Shown: positions 50,410 to 58,929 of the stretch, in pieces
Layout: each line of letters begins with the position of its first letter
Numbering within the stretch: position 1 is the first letter of the stretch
Origin: a virus
Direction: 5' to 3' (one strand)
Virus record (IMG/VR): IMGVR_UViG_3300036773_000096
Location: 32,001 to 96,000 of that record
DNA length: 64,000 nt
Position numbers and translations under genes: made by a program
The notes under the pieces: model-generated
What the model was told of the DNA's origin: nothing
The model's database searches: none
The model's input: the letters and a program-made list of their open reading frames with translations, nothing else

Positions 50410-51524
50410 TGGCCACGAAGACGACGGCCCGGCCGAAGCCGAAGGTCACGCCGCTGCCGGGGCAGAAGCGCATCACACCTAAGCCCACCAACGCCCGCGA
50501 GCACACCGCTGAACGGATCAGCAAGTGGATGGGCAAGCGCGGGTGGACTAAGGCCGTGCGGGGTGTCTACCGCTACAGCGTGAAGAAGTCTGAGGCCCGC
50601 CGGGAGAACCGGCTCGCGCTGAAAGAGATGCGCGAGAGCGCGGTGCCGACGTGGCGCCAGCGCGTGGAGCACCGCCGCTCCCAGCGCACCGGGGGCGCGG
50701 GGCGGGGGCGGGCTAAGAACTACTGCGCTGGGTGCGGCAAGGCCATGTCGGCCGAAGAGTTGCGCACGCACGACTGCGGGCCGAAGCCCAAAGCGGCCAA
50801 GGCTACAGCGGCAACGGCGGCGACCCAGCCGGCGCCCGCAGCCCCGCCGGCACCAGTTGCGGCACCGCAAGCGCCGCAAGCTCCACCCGCTGCGCCCTCA
50901 GACACTCCGGCTACACCGGCACCGACTCGACGCCAACGGCTGAAGGACCGCCTGTCCGGCAAGGCGGAGATGCCCACGCAGCCAATCGTGGCGCCGGCCG
51001 GCGCGACGGTCACCCCGATCGCAGGATCCAAGCCCGCACCACCCCCGGCGACCGCAGGGGCGAACAACAACGAAGGGAGCCCCCAAATGGCATGGGGCAG
51101 CAAGTCAGGCAACGGCAACGGTGCAAGCGCAGCTGGCGGCGGAAGCTCTGGGGCGGCCAGTTCCGCCACGGTCGGGGCGATGCTCACGCCGTGGACGGCG
51201 TGGGCACAGAACGTACCCAAGACCCACATTGAGATGGTCGCCGAGCTGGAGGCGATGAACCAGCTGATGGTGGCCATCGGGCAGACCATCCGGGAGCGCC
51301 AGGCCCGCATGATCAACATGGGCTCTGGCCCCAACGGGGAACAGATCGGCTTTCACCCCACCTGCGTCCAGCAGCTCAACGGGGCCGCCGACCAGATCTC
51401 CGCTGCCGGCGCCTACTTCACGGCCACCCACGTGGCGATCACCGCGCACTACCAGGCGCTGATCCAGCACTACCAGGGCGGCACTCCCGATCCCGGCCGC
51501 CAGTACCTGTCCAACGCCAGCTAA
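50409..51524 (+). CDS. Transfer-accessory (TraA-like position) protein
   Basis: Basic N-terminus, C-x2-C..H.C motif, Pro/Ala linker, helical C-terminus; directly upstream of TraB. Confidence 0.55.
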   Translation: MATKTTARPKPKVTPLPGQKRITPKPTNAREHTAERISKWMGKRGWTKAVRGVYRYSVKKSEARRENRLALKEMRESAVPTWRQRVEHRRSQRTGGAGRGRAKNYCAGCGKAMSAEELRTHDCGPKPKAAKATAATAATQPAPAAPPAPVAAPQAPQAPPAAPSDTPATPAPTRRQRLKDRLSGKAEMPTQPIVAPAGATVTPIAGSKPAPPPATAGANNNEGSPQMAWGSKSGNGNGASAAGGGSSGAASSATVGAMLTPWTAWAQNVPKTHIEMVAELEAMNQLMVAIGQTIRERQARMINMGSGPNGEQIGFHPTCVQQLNGAADQISAAGAYFTATHVAITAHYQALIQHYQGGTPDPGRQYLSNAS

Positions 51525-51547
51525 TCAGACGAGAGGAGCACACCATC

Positions 51548-53725
51548 ATGGGTCGACGCGTCGGGCACGCTCCGGCGATCGCTCACGACCAGACCTGGGG
51601 CGAGTGGTACAACACGCATTCCCGCCTGTTGAACCCTTTCGCCGCCGGGGCGGCCGTGGGTCTCGCCGGGGTGCTCGATGCGTTGCTCGTGCCCTTCTGG
51701 TGGCAGACCGTCGCGGGGGTCAGTGTCGCCGGGCTCGGGGTTTTCTTGTGGACTATTGGCCTGCTCGATGCGATGCAGCGCCGCGTCTACCGTTTCATCC
51801 TCGTGCTGGGCATGTTGTGGATGTTCGCCTGTCACACGCCGTGGGCGACGGAGTACAAGCTGGATTTCGGTATCGCCTGGTTTTGTGCGGTGATGCTGTC
51901 CGGGTGTGCCTACTGGACTGACCAGCGTGAGACGAAGCGTCGTGAGGTTGACGCTGAGGTCAAGGCGTGGGCCCAGTTCAAGGCTAAGAAGCTCGGAATC
52001 GAACTGTCCCGCATTACCCCTAAGAAGAAGACCAAGAACGGCTCTACGCGTCGCCTGTGGTGGGATGGGGACGATTACACGGTGTCTCAGATCAAGGGAC
52101 TCGCTCCCCGCATCGAGGCATCGTTGGGTATTCCCCTGGGGCAGCTGCGGGTCATGGAAGTCAAGAACGACAGCGACATGACCCGGTCGGACTGTGTCGA
52201 CCTCGTCGAGAACACCGACAACGCTGCCCGGCGCATTCCCGTGGCGTTCACCTCGCCCACCATGACGTCGATTTGTGACGCCATGGACGTCGGGCCTTAC
52301 GACGATGGCGAAATGTGCCAGATCTTCTGGTACAAGCAGGGATTCGGTGGCACGCACACTCTCGCCGCTGGGGCGACCCGGTCAGGTAAGAGCGGTTTGT
52401 ACCACCTGATGTTGGCGGAGACGGCGAACTGTGACGATGTGGTGCGGTTCGGTATCGACGCCAAGGGCGGAATGGCGCTGCGGCCCTGGGCGCCGATGTT
52501 CCACTGGTTGGTGTGTGGTCGCGACGAGGCTGCCATGGAGGAGGCCGCCGCACTACTGGAGCGCATCAACGCGATCATGATTTACCGGGAGAACTACGCG
52601 GCCAGCAAGGGCTGGGACGTCTGGCGGGTCAGTAAGAAGCACCCGTTGATCATTCTGTATGTCGATGAGGCAGCAGAAGTGTTCAACATGCAGATGGAGA
52701 ACTTCCACGCCCTCCAGCTAGTGGAAAAGCTCGGCCGGATGGGTGCCGGTGTCGGTGTTCTGTTGTGCGCCGCAACCCAGTACCCGACTCTGGACGCGAT
52801 CGGCTCCAGCCAGCTCCAGGCGAACATTCTGCGGAGGTTCTGTTTCCGGGTGCAGCAGACCGCACACCAGGCGATCGCATTGGGTCGCCACAACGGGGCC
52901 GTGGATGCCACGTTCCCCGACAAGCCCGGCGGCGACAAGGGCGCCGGGTGGTGCTTCCTGTCCGAGATGGGCTACATGCGCGACATGGCGTTGCGGGTTC
53001 GCAACGTCGACCGTGACGGCATCTACGACATCGTGTGCAAGTACTGGACGCGGTGCTGCCCCCTGGATGCCGGCAGCGCGAACGTCGACTGCCGCAACGA
53101 CGAGTACCGGGCCCGGAAGATCTGGCGCCCGGAGGACGTCAAGCCGAGCAGCGGCGTGTGGGCCGACGAGGACGACGAGGACACCCCGGATCCGGCGCTG
53201 GGACCTGACGCTATCGACGACGAGTTGGCGGAGATGCTCAGGGATTCCGGCGGGGACTCGAAGGGGAGCCCGGCGGGGACTCCGGCCGGGGAATCAGCGG
53301 GGAACGAGCCGGGGACTCCGGCCGGGGAATCAGCGGGGAACGACACTAAGGAGCAGGTCATGGACACAGCGACGACGGAGGCCAGCATCCCGATCATGGA
53401 GATGCTGATGCCACAGGGCAAGGCCGAAGCGGAAGATCTGGCGGCGGCGCAGAAGCGGTACGCAGAGGAGAATGAGGACTGGTCAACGGAGAAGGCCACT
53501 GCCGAGTTCTGGCGGATCTTCCAGGTGGCCGGCCGCGACGGGGTCCGGGTGAAGACCCTGCGGGAGAAGTGCCACCGGTCGGTGTCGTGGACTCAGAACA
53601 AGCGACGGGAGGCGCAGGAGGCCCAGGCGATCGTGCCGATCGCGGCGGGCTCGGAGTACTACCGGCTGGTGTCCCCGTCGATGGTGCCCCAGGCATACCG
53701 CCTGGACTCCGGTAACGCAGAGTGA
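51548..53725 (+). CDS. traB: TraB-like FtsK/SpoIIIE DNA translocase
   Basis: N-terminal TM segments; Walker A AGATRSGKS; Walker B ILYVDE; ATQYP; C-terminal winged-helix-like segment. Confidence 0.88.
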   Translation: MGRRVGHAPAIAHDQTWGEWYNTHSRLLNPFAAGAAVGLAGVLDALLVPFWWQTVAGVSVAGLGVFLWTIGLLDAMQRRVYRFILVLGMLWMFACHTPWATEYKLDFGIAWFCAVMLSGCAYWTDQRETKRREVDAEVKAWAQFKAKKLGIELSRITPKKKTKNGSTRRLWWDGDDYTVSQIKGLAPRIEASLGIPLGQLRVMEVKNDSDMTRSDCVDLVENTDNAARRIPVAFTSPTMTSICDAMDVGPYDDGEMCQIFWYKQGFGGTHTLAAGATRSGKSGLYHLMLAETANCDDVVRFGIDAKGGMALRPWAPMFHWLVCGRDEAAMEEAAALLERINAIMIYRENYAASKGWDVWRVSKKHPLIILYVDEAAEVFNMQMENFHALQLVEKLGRMGAGVGVLLCAATQYPTLDAIGSSQLQANILRRFCFRVQQTAHQAIALGRHNGAVDATFPDKPGGDKGAGWCFLSEMGYMRDMALRVRNVDRDGIYDIVCKYWTRCCPLDAGSANVDCRNDEYRARKIWRPEDVKPSSGVWADEDDEDTPDPALGPDAIDDELAEMLRDSGGDSKGSPAGTPAGESAGNEPGTPAGESAGNDTKEQVMDTATTEASIPIMEMLMPQGKAEAEDLAAAQKRYAEENEDWSTEKATAEFWRIFQVAGRDGVRVKTLREKCHRSVSWTQNKRREAQEAQAIVPIAAGSEYYRLVSPSMVPQAYRLDSGNAE

Positions 53726-53732
53726 CCAATGG

Positions 53733-53880
53733 GCTGGACGGTGCTGGACTCCAGAACCATCCAACACCGTCCAGCCGGGCCGCCAGCGAGCCCTCGACCT
53801 TAGGGGTACCTCGCGGCGAGGCCAGCACCGTCCAGAACTAGCCAGCACTGTCCAACGCAGTCCAACACCATCCAACGACC
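53733..53880. repeat. 10-bp-period direct repeats with an inverted copy (clt-like)
   Basis: Six tandem units at 53821-53880 (gccagcaccg, tccagaacta, gccagcactg, tccaacgcag, tccaacacca, tccaacgacc); three at 53750-53779; inverted ctggacggtgctgg at 53734-53747. Confidence 0.8.
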
Positions 53881-53896
53881 AAGGCGGCGACTACAC

Positions 53897-54241
53897 ATGG
53901 TGACCATCGCTTACGCGGCGGCACTGGCCCAGCCCCCCGGCCCGGAACCAGCCCCCAGCGGCATGTCCCCCGCCGCGCTGGGCACCCTGCTCGTCGTCGG
54001 GGCCCTGCTGTGGTGGTTCATCAAGATTCAGCGTGACCCACTGCGCAAGTGCGGCCGATGCCCCGCACCCAAACCGGACGGCAGCTATCACCGTTGCCGG
54101 CACTGCGGTGGCAGCCCGGAGCGGCTGAAGACAGCGGCGTGGTGGTTCCTGGCACTGGGCATCCCGGTGCCCCGTGCGCGGCGCTACACCGATCGCCGGG
54201 CCCGCATGGCGGTGCCGAAGGACTACACGCGCGACGATTGA
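53897..54241 (+). CDS. Small TM + CxxC/CxxC protein of the type following TraB in AICEs
   Basis: One TM segment, then PLRKCGRC..RCRHCGG..RL. Confidence 0.7.
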   Translation: MVTIAYAAALAQPPGPEPAPSGMSPAALGTLLVVGALLWWFIKIQRDPLRKCGRCPAPKPDGSYHRCRHCGGSPERLKTAAWWFLALGIPVPRARRYTDRRARMAVPKDYTRDD

Positions 54242-54274
54242 TTCCCCTTCGATGTCCCGGTGTTCCGGCACGCA

Positions 54275-54309
54275 GAGAGACCCCCAGCCGCGTCTGCTGG
54301 GGGTCTCTC
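54275..54309. terminator. Bidirectional terminator hairpin
   Basis: Perfect 14-bp stem GAGAGACCCCCAGC / GCTGGGGGTCTCTC between convergent units. Confidence 0.8.
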
Positions 54310-54459
54310 GTGTGAGGGGGTTTAGTCCCCTCGGTTCATGTCGGCCTCCCCTAGTTGTCCCCTTCTCGGTTCCCCGTCAGTGTCGACCCTGGATCGCGCC
54401 CTACTCGACGGTCTCGGTTCCGCAGTGCTCGTGCTCGTAGGTGTCTGGATGCCGCATGG

Positions 54460-54987
54460 TCACCTCCCCTCTGACTGGATCTTGCGGCCGGCCATGCGGC
54501 CGTCGTGGACGAGGGTCGCGGCGTAACGGGAGACCAGCGCCCAGCGAGGCATCAGGAGGGCCTGTGCCATCAGGCGGGCCTGGGGCAGGCTGATGGGTGG
54601 GTTGCGGCCGCCGTTCTTGGCGAACATGGCCCGGTCGGTGGCGGCACCCGCATCAGCGTTGAGCATGCCCTGCTCGAAAGAACAGTGCTTGTAGTGCTGC
54701 CACCACATCGCTTCGCCCACCTGCCCGGCGGCGCATCCGATCAGCCAGGAGGGCAGGTGTTTTTCGGAGATGCGTTTCCCGTCCTCGTCGCCTTCGATAA
54801 CGACCAGACCGGAGACGTCTTCGGTTTCGCGGTGCAGGGTGATGCTGATTTCACCCAACGTGAGACCGAAGTGCGCGCCGATGATGGCGTGAGATGCCTC
54901 GTGGGCGGCGGCGCACGCTTTGAGGTGCTGGGGGAGGATTTGGTCGAAGTAGTCGAAGCTGGGCAGGCCGGACCAGTGCTGCGTCAT
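54460..54987 (-). CDS. HExxH metalloprotease-like protein (M41/FtsH-like domain)
   Basis: AAHEASHAIIG, AAGQVGE, AGAATD. Confidence 0.7.
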   Translation of the reverse strand: MTQHWSGLPSFDYFDQILPQHLKACAAAHEASHAIIGAHFGLTLGEISITLHRETEDVSGLVVIEGDEDGKRISEKHLPSWLIGCAAGQVGEAMWWQHYKHCSFEQGMLNADAGAATDRAMFAKNGGRNPPISLPQARLMAQALLMPRWALVSRYAATLVHDGRMAGRKIQSEGR

Positions 54988-55160
54988 TTGCGGTTCGCCT
55001 CCTCTAGGGCGTCGGCGATGCGGGTGAGTTGAGCGAGGATGCCGAGCTGCGCGGTTGCCGCCGCGAAGTCGTATCGGGCGCGGAGACCGTAGTTCAGGTT
55101 CCCTAGCCAGTCCTCTGCCTTAGCGGCGTAGTCCACGGTGGCCGGCGGGGGGCACATCAT
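54984..55160 (-). CDS. Small hypothetical protein
   Basis: ATGA-coupled; LGILAQLTRIADALE. Confidence 0.58.
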   Translation of the reverse strand: MMCPPPATVDYAAKAEDWLGNLNYGLRARYDFAAATAQLGILAQLTRIADALEEANRK

Positions 55161-55465
55161 GAAGACACCACCTTGGGGGTGTGGAGGCGAGCGAGGACGG
55201 TGATCCATTCCGGGGTGTCGTCGGCCCAACTCAGGTGGTATTCGGAACTGATCAGCGACTTGCCGTCAGTGTTGTCTTTCTTCAGCTGCGGTCCGGTGAT
55301 CAGGGCCAGGTAGGGCACCCATTGATCGTCTCTGACCATGTAGGTGATGTCTGCGGTCATGGGTCGGAAGGTCACCGTCCCGTACCGCTTGACTGTGGGT
55401 GGCGCTTCGATGAGGTCACCCTTCCACTCGATGCGGTAGAAGTGAGGATTCTTAACGGTGACCAT
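55157..55465 (-). CDS. Hypothetical protein
   Basis: 102 aa; GPQLKKDNTDGK..W.DDTPEWI. Confidence 0.62.
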   Translation of the reverse strand: MVTVKNPHFYRIEWKGDLIEAPPTVKRYGTVTFRPMTADITYMVRDDQWVPYLALITGPQLKKDNTDGKSLISSEYHLSWADDTPEWITVLARLHTPKVVSS

Positions 55466-55472
55466 GGCAGTC

Positions 55473-55841
55473 CTATCCGGCTAGTTGGGTCATGGAGTCG
55501 GGTGACCAGTAGGAGTCACCGATCTGGTAGCGGTCGTAGGTGTCTTGGGTGTTGCAGTCGGTGAAAGTGGACTCGTCAGGGTCATCGGCACGGGGGTGCG
55601 CGAGGGCCATAACGAGGCGCCAGCAATCGTGATCGAGGCCCTGTTTGTCGGTGATGCGCCACTCGACCATTGTGCGGAGTTCACCGTGGGAGGCGCACGG
55701 TTGGTTGATTCCGTCATGGAGCTGCCAGCATTGCGGAGTGTCGGCACTGGCCGGGGTGATGGTGGGGGTGTTGCGGGCACCGTAAATGCCCATGGCGATC
55801 AGCACGGCGAGTAGGAACAGAACAACGCGGCCGGGTTTCAT
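55473..55841 (-). CDS. Secreted or membrane-anchored hypothetical protein
   Basis: N-terminal hydrophobic segment; several Cys. Confidence 0.6.
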   Translation of the reverse strand: MKPGRVVLFLLAVLIAMGIYGARNTPTITPASADTPQCWQLHDGINQPCASHGELRTMVEWRITDKQGLDHDCWRLVMALAHPRADDPDESTFTDCNTQDTYDRYQIGDSYWSPDSMTQLAG

Positions 55842-56542
55842 GATTCGGTGCGGCGATGGCTCGGAATGGCGTGGCGATCACACCGGCAGTCGGCCGGATT
55901 ATCGTGCCCATCGACGTGCGCGGCCAGTATGCACGGCTTGTCGCAGTGACCGCAGAGGGGAACGGGGATCACGTTGGCGGCGTTCGCCAGGCAGGCGGCG
56001 ACGAACGCGGCCAGGGCGGGGCGGATCTCATCATCGCTGACGTTCTCCAGGCCCCACTCGTCATAGCCGTAGCGGCTGAGCATTTTGGAGATGTCAGCAG
56101 CGAGCATGTCGAGATCGAGGTCTTCGGGCACTTCGGGTTCGGAGGCGGGCTCGAAGTCGACGGTGACCACGTGGGTGGACAGGTCGCTGCAAAACTCGCG
56201 CGCGGCTGTCTCGATCGCGAAGGCGTGGATGGGGGTTTTGCAGTCGCAGTCCTCATCGTTGCGCACGACGATGTAGCACTTCGGCGCTGCGGGGTCGGGT
56301 GGTACTTCGGTGACGACGTAGCCCAGGGCGTTGAGGCATTCACCGAGACAGCGGTCGGGGTATTCGGTGAGCAGGGCGATGAGGGCCTTGGCGTGGTCGA
56401 CGCCGATGACGTCGTCGAGGTGGCTCCACAGTGCCTTAGTGGCGTTGTTGGCGGCCGTGGCGGAACGCTTGGCGAGCGCGCGTCGGGCGTTGTCGGCGAT
56501 CTCGATGGCGTCGTATTCGGGGCGCGGTAGGGCGATCATCAC
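55838..56542 (-). CDS. Hypothetical protein, paralog of 56539-57126
   Basis: Shared blocks YP.R.L.ECLN..GY, FEP, DLD.LAA, RPAL.AF..ACLA. Confidence 0.7.
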   Translation of the reverse strand: MMIALPRPEYDAIEIADNARRALAKRSATAANNATKALWSHLDDVIGVDHAKALIALLTEYPDRCLGECLNALGYVVTEVPPDPAAPKCYIVVRNDEDCDCKTPIHAFAIETAAREFCSDLSTHVVTVDFEPASEPEVPEDLDLDMLAADISKMLSRYGYDEWGLENVSDDEIRPALAAFVAACLANAANVIPVPLCGHCDKPCILAAHVDGHDNPADCRCDRHAIPSHRRTES

Positions 56543-57126
56543 GAGTCCAGTTCGGCTTGGCGGGCGAGGCAGGCGGTAATGAACGCAGGCAGGGCGGGGC
56601 GGACGGCTTCGGTGTTGACGCTGAAGCCGAACCCATCTTCGTGCTGGTGGTCGGAGATGGTGTCGGCGAGCTGCGCGGCGAGCCGGTCGAGGTCCATGCC
56701 GTCGGGGATGTCGATGTGGGGCTCGAAGGGAACGTCGCGGATGTGAGTGCCGATGCCGGCTTCGGTGTTGCCGGCGAACTCGGCAGCGGCGTCGGAGTTG
56801 GCGAAGACGCGGATGACGTCGTCACCGTCCATGGCGACGTAGCACGTCGGTTCGAGGCCGGTGTCGAGGGAGTCGATGACGGCGTACCCGATGTCGTTGA
56901 GGCATTCCTCCAGTGGGCGTTCGGGGTAGGCGATGAGGAGGCCCAGGAGCCGGTCGGGAGATGACTGGGACCGCAGGGACGTACCGGTGCACAGGGTGTC
57001 TTCGGCGAAGTACCAGAAGGCTCTGTTGGCTGGATCGGAGACGCGGGGGGCGAGGAGGGCGGCGGCCCGGCGGGCGTCGTCGAGAGTTCTCAGGGCGGTG
57101 AAGTCTTCGTGGCTGATGGGAATCAT
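56539..57126 (-). CDS. Hypothetical protein, paralog of 55838-56542
   Basis: Same shared blocks; GTTCCGG-containing leader. Confidence 0.7.
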   Translation of the reverse strand: MIPISHEDFTALRTLDDARRAAALLAPRVSDPANRAFWYFAEDTLCTGTSLRSQSSPDRLLGLLIAYPERPLEECLNDIGYAVIDSLDTGLEPTCYVAMDGDDVIRVFANSDAAAEFAGNTEAGIGTHIRDVPFEPHIDIPDGMDLDRLAAQLADTISDHQHEDGFGFSVNTEAVRPALPAFITACLARQAELDS

Positions 57127-57169
57127 GGCGTGGGGTCTCTCTTCTGGTTCGGGGTGCCGGAACGGGCGG

Positions 57170-57670
57170 TCAGTTGTCGATATCGGCGAAACGGGGCAAA
57201 CCGGTGAAGGGGTTCAGTTCGGGGTTGCGGTCGTACCACTGTTCGGGGGTCATGCCGGCGCCGGGAAGCTCGGGGGCGTAGACGGCGCGGGGGGTGGTGG
57301 GGTCGGTAAAGGTCAGGCCGTGGCGGGCGTAGTGGGCGGCGATCCAAACGTGCAGGTACGCGCGGGACTGGACGCCGATGGTGGGGCGTTGTCCGCAGGC
57401 ACAACCGACCTGGGAGGCAATGCCGCTGCCGTCGGGGGAGGTGATCATCACGGGGGCGTGTTTGGCGTTTTCGGCGGCGCGCTTGCGGTCGGCGATGGAC
57501 TGCCAGTAGGCGGCGATGGCCCAGTCGCGGGGGACGCCGATGGCGTCGGCAGCGATTTCGCGCCATAGGCGGGCGTTCTCGGCTGCGTCTTGGGCGCTGT
57601 AGGCGTTGAGTTCGGCCCGCAGTGTGGGGGAGTAGTGGCGGGAGCGGGTGGTGATGTGCGGCGCGGTCAT
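57170..57670 (-). CDS. Hypothetical protein
   Basis: GGAGG RBS; CACG..H motif. Confidence 0.65.
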   Translation of the reverse strand: MTAPHITTRSRHYSPTLRAELNAYSAQDAAENARLWREIAADAIGVPRDWAIAAYWQSIADRKRAAENAKHAPVMITSPDGSGIASQVGCACGQRPTIGVQSRAYLHVWIAAHYARHGLTFTDPTTPRAVYAPELPGAGMTPEQWYDRNPELNPFTGLPRFADIDN

Positions 57671-57689
57671 GGTGACCTCCAAGTCGGGG

Positions 57690-57709
57690 CCGGAACAACA
57701 CCGAGCCTA
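57690..57709 (-). promoter_or_regulatory. TANNNT-N7-GTTCCG promoter
   Basis: TGG-TAGGCT-cggtgtt-GTTCCGG. Confidence 0.65.
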
Positions 57710-57731
57710 CCAGAGTTGCGGGGATGCGCAA

Positions 57732-58700
57732 CTAGGCGGCGATTCCCAGCACCGCTTCAGCGGTCACCCAGTCCCGCGCGATCGCGACCTGCGCATCGCG
57801 CAGCGGCACGGGGCGCATGCCGGGAATGCGGCCACACACCGCAGAGTGCAGGCGAGTCTCAACGTTGTCCTTAGAGTTGCGGAACCCCTGACCAGCCAAG
57901 TCCGACCGCTCCGCCCACAGGTTGCTCACGTCGTTGCTGCCGCCCAGCCACAGCGGCACGTCGTGATCCAGCTCCGTAGTTGACCGCGCCGACGCGGGCA
58001 CCCCGTAAGCGGCCATGGCGATCGTTTTCAGCCGGTCCGTCTCGGCCTTCGGGGCCCGGATCGTGCTCGTCGACCAGTGCGGATTGCAGATCGTGGCGGC
58101 TTTCGTGGCGTCGGTGATGTCGCTGCGCACCGAGCCCGGCGTGCACGACATCACCGGCAGGCGTGGGTCATCGGCCACCCCGCGCACGCAACGGGCCGGG
58201 TAGGTGCCGGTGACGTGCGCGGTCGGCGCGATGATGACCTTCGGGCCGCCGTCGCCGATGGGTGCCATCAGGGCCCGCATCTCCTCCGGTGGCACCGACG
58301 GAAGCTCACCGAGGTCAGTGGCGGGCGACGCGGTTGTCGGGGCGGGGACGGCCAGGGAGTCGATAGCGCCCACGCCGCATCCGGTGAGTACCAGGAGCAG
58401 GATGCCGGCCACGGCGCAGCTGATGACGAACGCCCACGGGAACCAGCGGCGGCGCCTCCGCGACCGCCGGCCGCGCCGGATGGCGTGCTGGGCGGTGTTA
58501 ACGGTGACCAGCTCAGGTTCGTCGAGGCGTGCGGAGTCGCGCAGCTTGGCCAGTTCCTCCCGGAGCGGGTCGCTCGTGTCCGTGGGTGGCTGGGCGGCGT
58601 GGAGGCTGTCGAGTAGGGCGTCGTCGGCCCGGATCGCGGCCATGTCCAGGCCCGCGTGATCGGGGTCGAACAGCGGGCCGAGCTTGCGGTGGCGTCTCAT
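57732..58700 (-). CDS. RsdA-like anti-sigma N-terminus + TM + extracytoplasmic HNH-like domain
   Basis: MAAIRADDALLDSL..DPLREELAKLRD..EPELV N-terminus; TM ending LVLTGC; ELDHDVPLWLGGSNDVSNLW..KDNVETRLHSAVC. Confidence 0.6.
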   Translation of the reverse strand: MRRHRKLGPLFDPDHAGLDMAAIRADDALLDSLHAAQPPTDTSDPLREELAKLRDSARLDEPELVTVNTAQHAIRRGRRSRRRRRWFPWAFVISCAVAGILLLVLTGCGVGAIDSLAVPAPTTASPATDLGELPSVPPEEMRALMAPIGDGGPKVIIAPTAHVTGTYPARCVRGVADDPRLPVMSCTPGSVRSDITDATKAATICNPHWSTSTIRAPKAETDRLKTIAMAAYGVPASARSTTELDHDVPLWLGGSNDVSNLWAERSDLAGQGFRNSKDNVETRLHSAVCGRIPGMRPVPLRDAQVAIARDWVTAEAVLGIAA

Positions 58701-58861
58701 CGGGTGCTCCGTTTCAGGATCCATCGACCAGTCGAGTAGTAGACGATGCCAGCGACGGGCAGGGCGAGCAGGTAGGCGAAGGCGACGACGCTGAAGACGC
58801 ACACGGTGGCGACGACGCCGGCTAGGGCGACGAACAGTCGCAGCATCGCGTAGATGATCAT
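58697..58861 (-). CDS. Small two-TM protein
   Basis: AGGAG RBS; MIIYAMLRLF..; ATGA-coupled. Confidence 0.62.
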   Translation of the reverse strand: MIIYAMLRLFVALAGVVATVCVFSVVAFAYLLALPVAGIVYYSTGRWILKRSTR

Positions 58862-58929
58862 TTCGGGTACTCCTGGGGCCGGAACGGTGAAGCGGGACAC
58901 CCGATATGTCGCCGACCGGGTGTCCGGTG

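Larger units (their letters stand above)
48618..54241. mobile_element. Actinomycete plasmid/AICE-type conjugal transfer module
   Basis: GntR regulator divergent from DUF2637-like, accessory, TraB, repeat block and Zn-finger membrane genes. Confidence 0.75.

Noticed and set aside
53733-53880. Repeat block considered as a CRISPR mini-array
   Set aside because: Units are 10 bp, degenerate and contiguous, with no unique spacers and no cas genes
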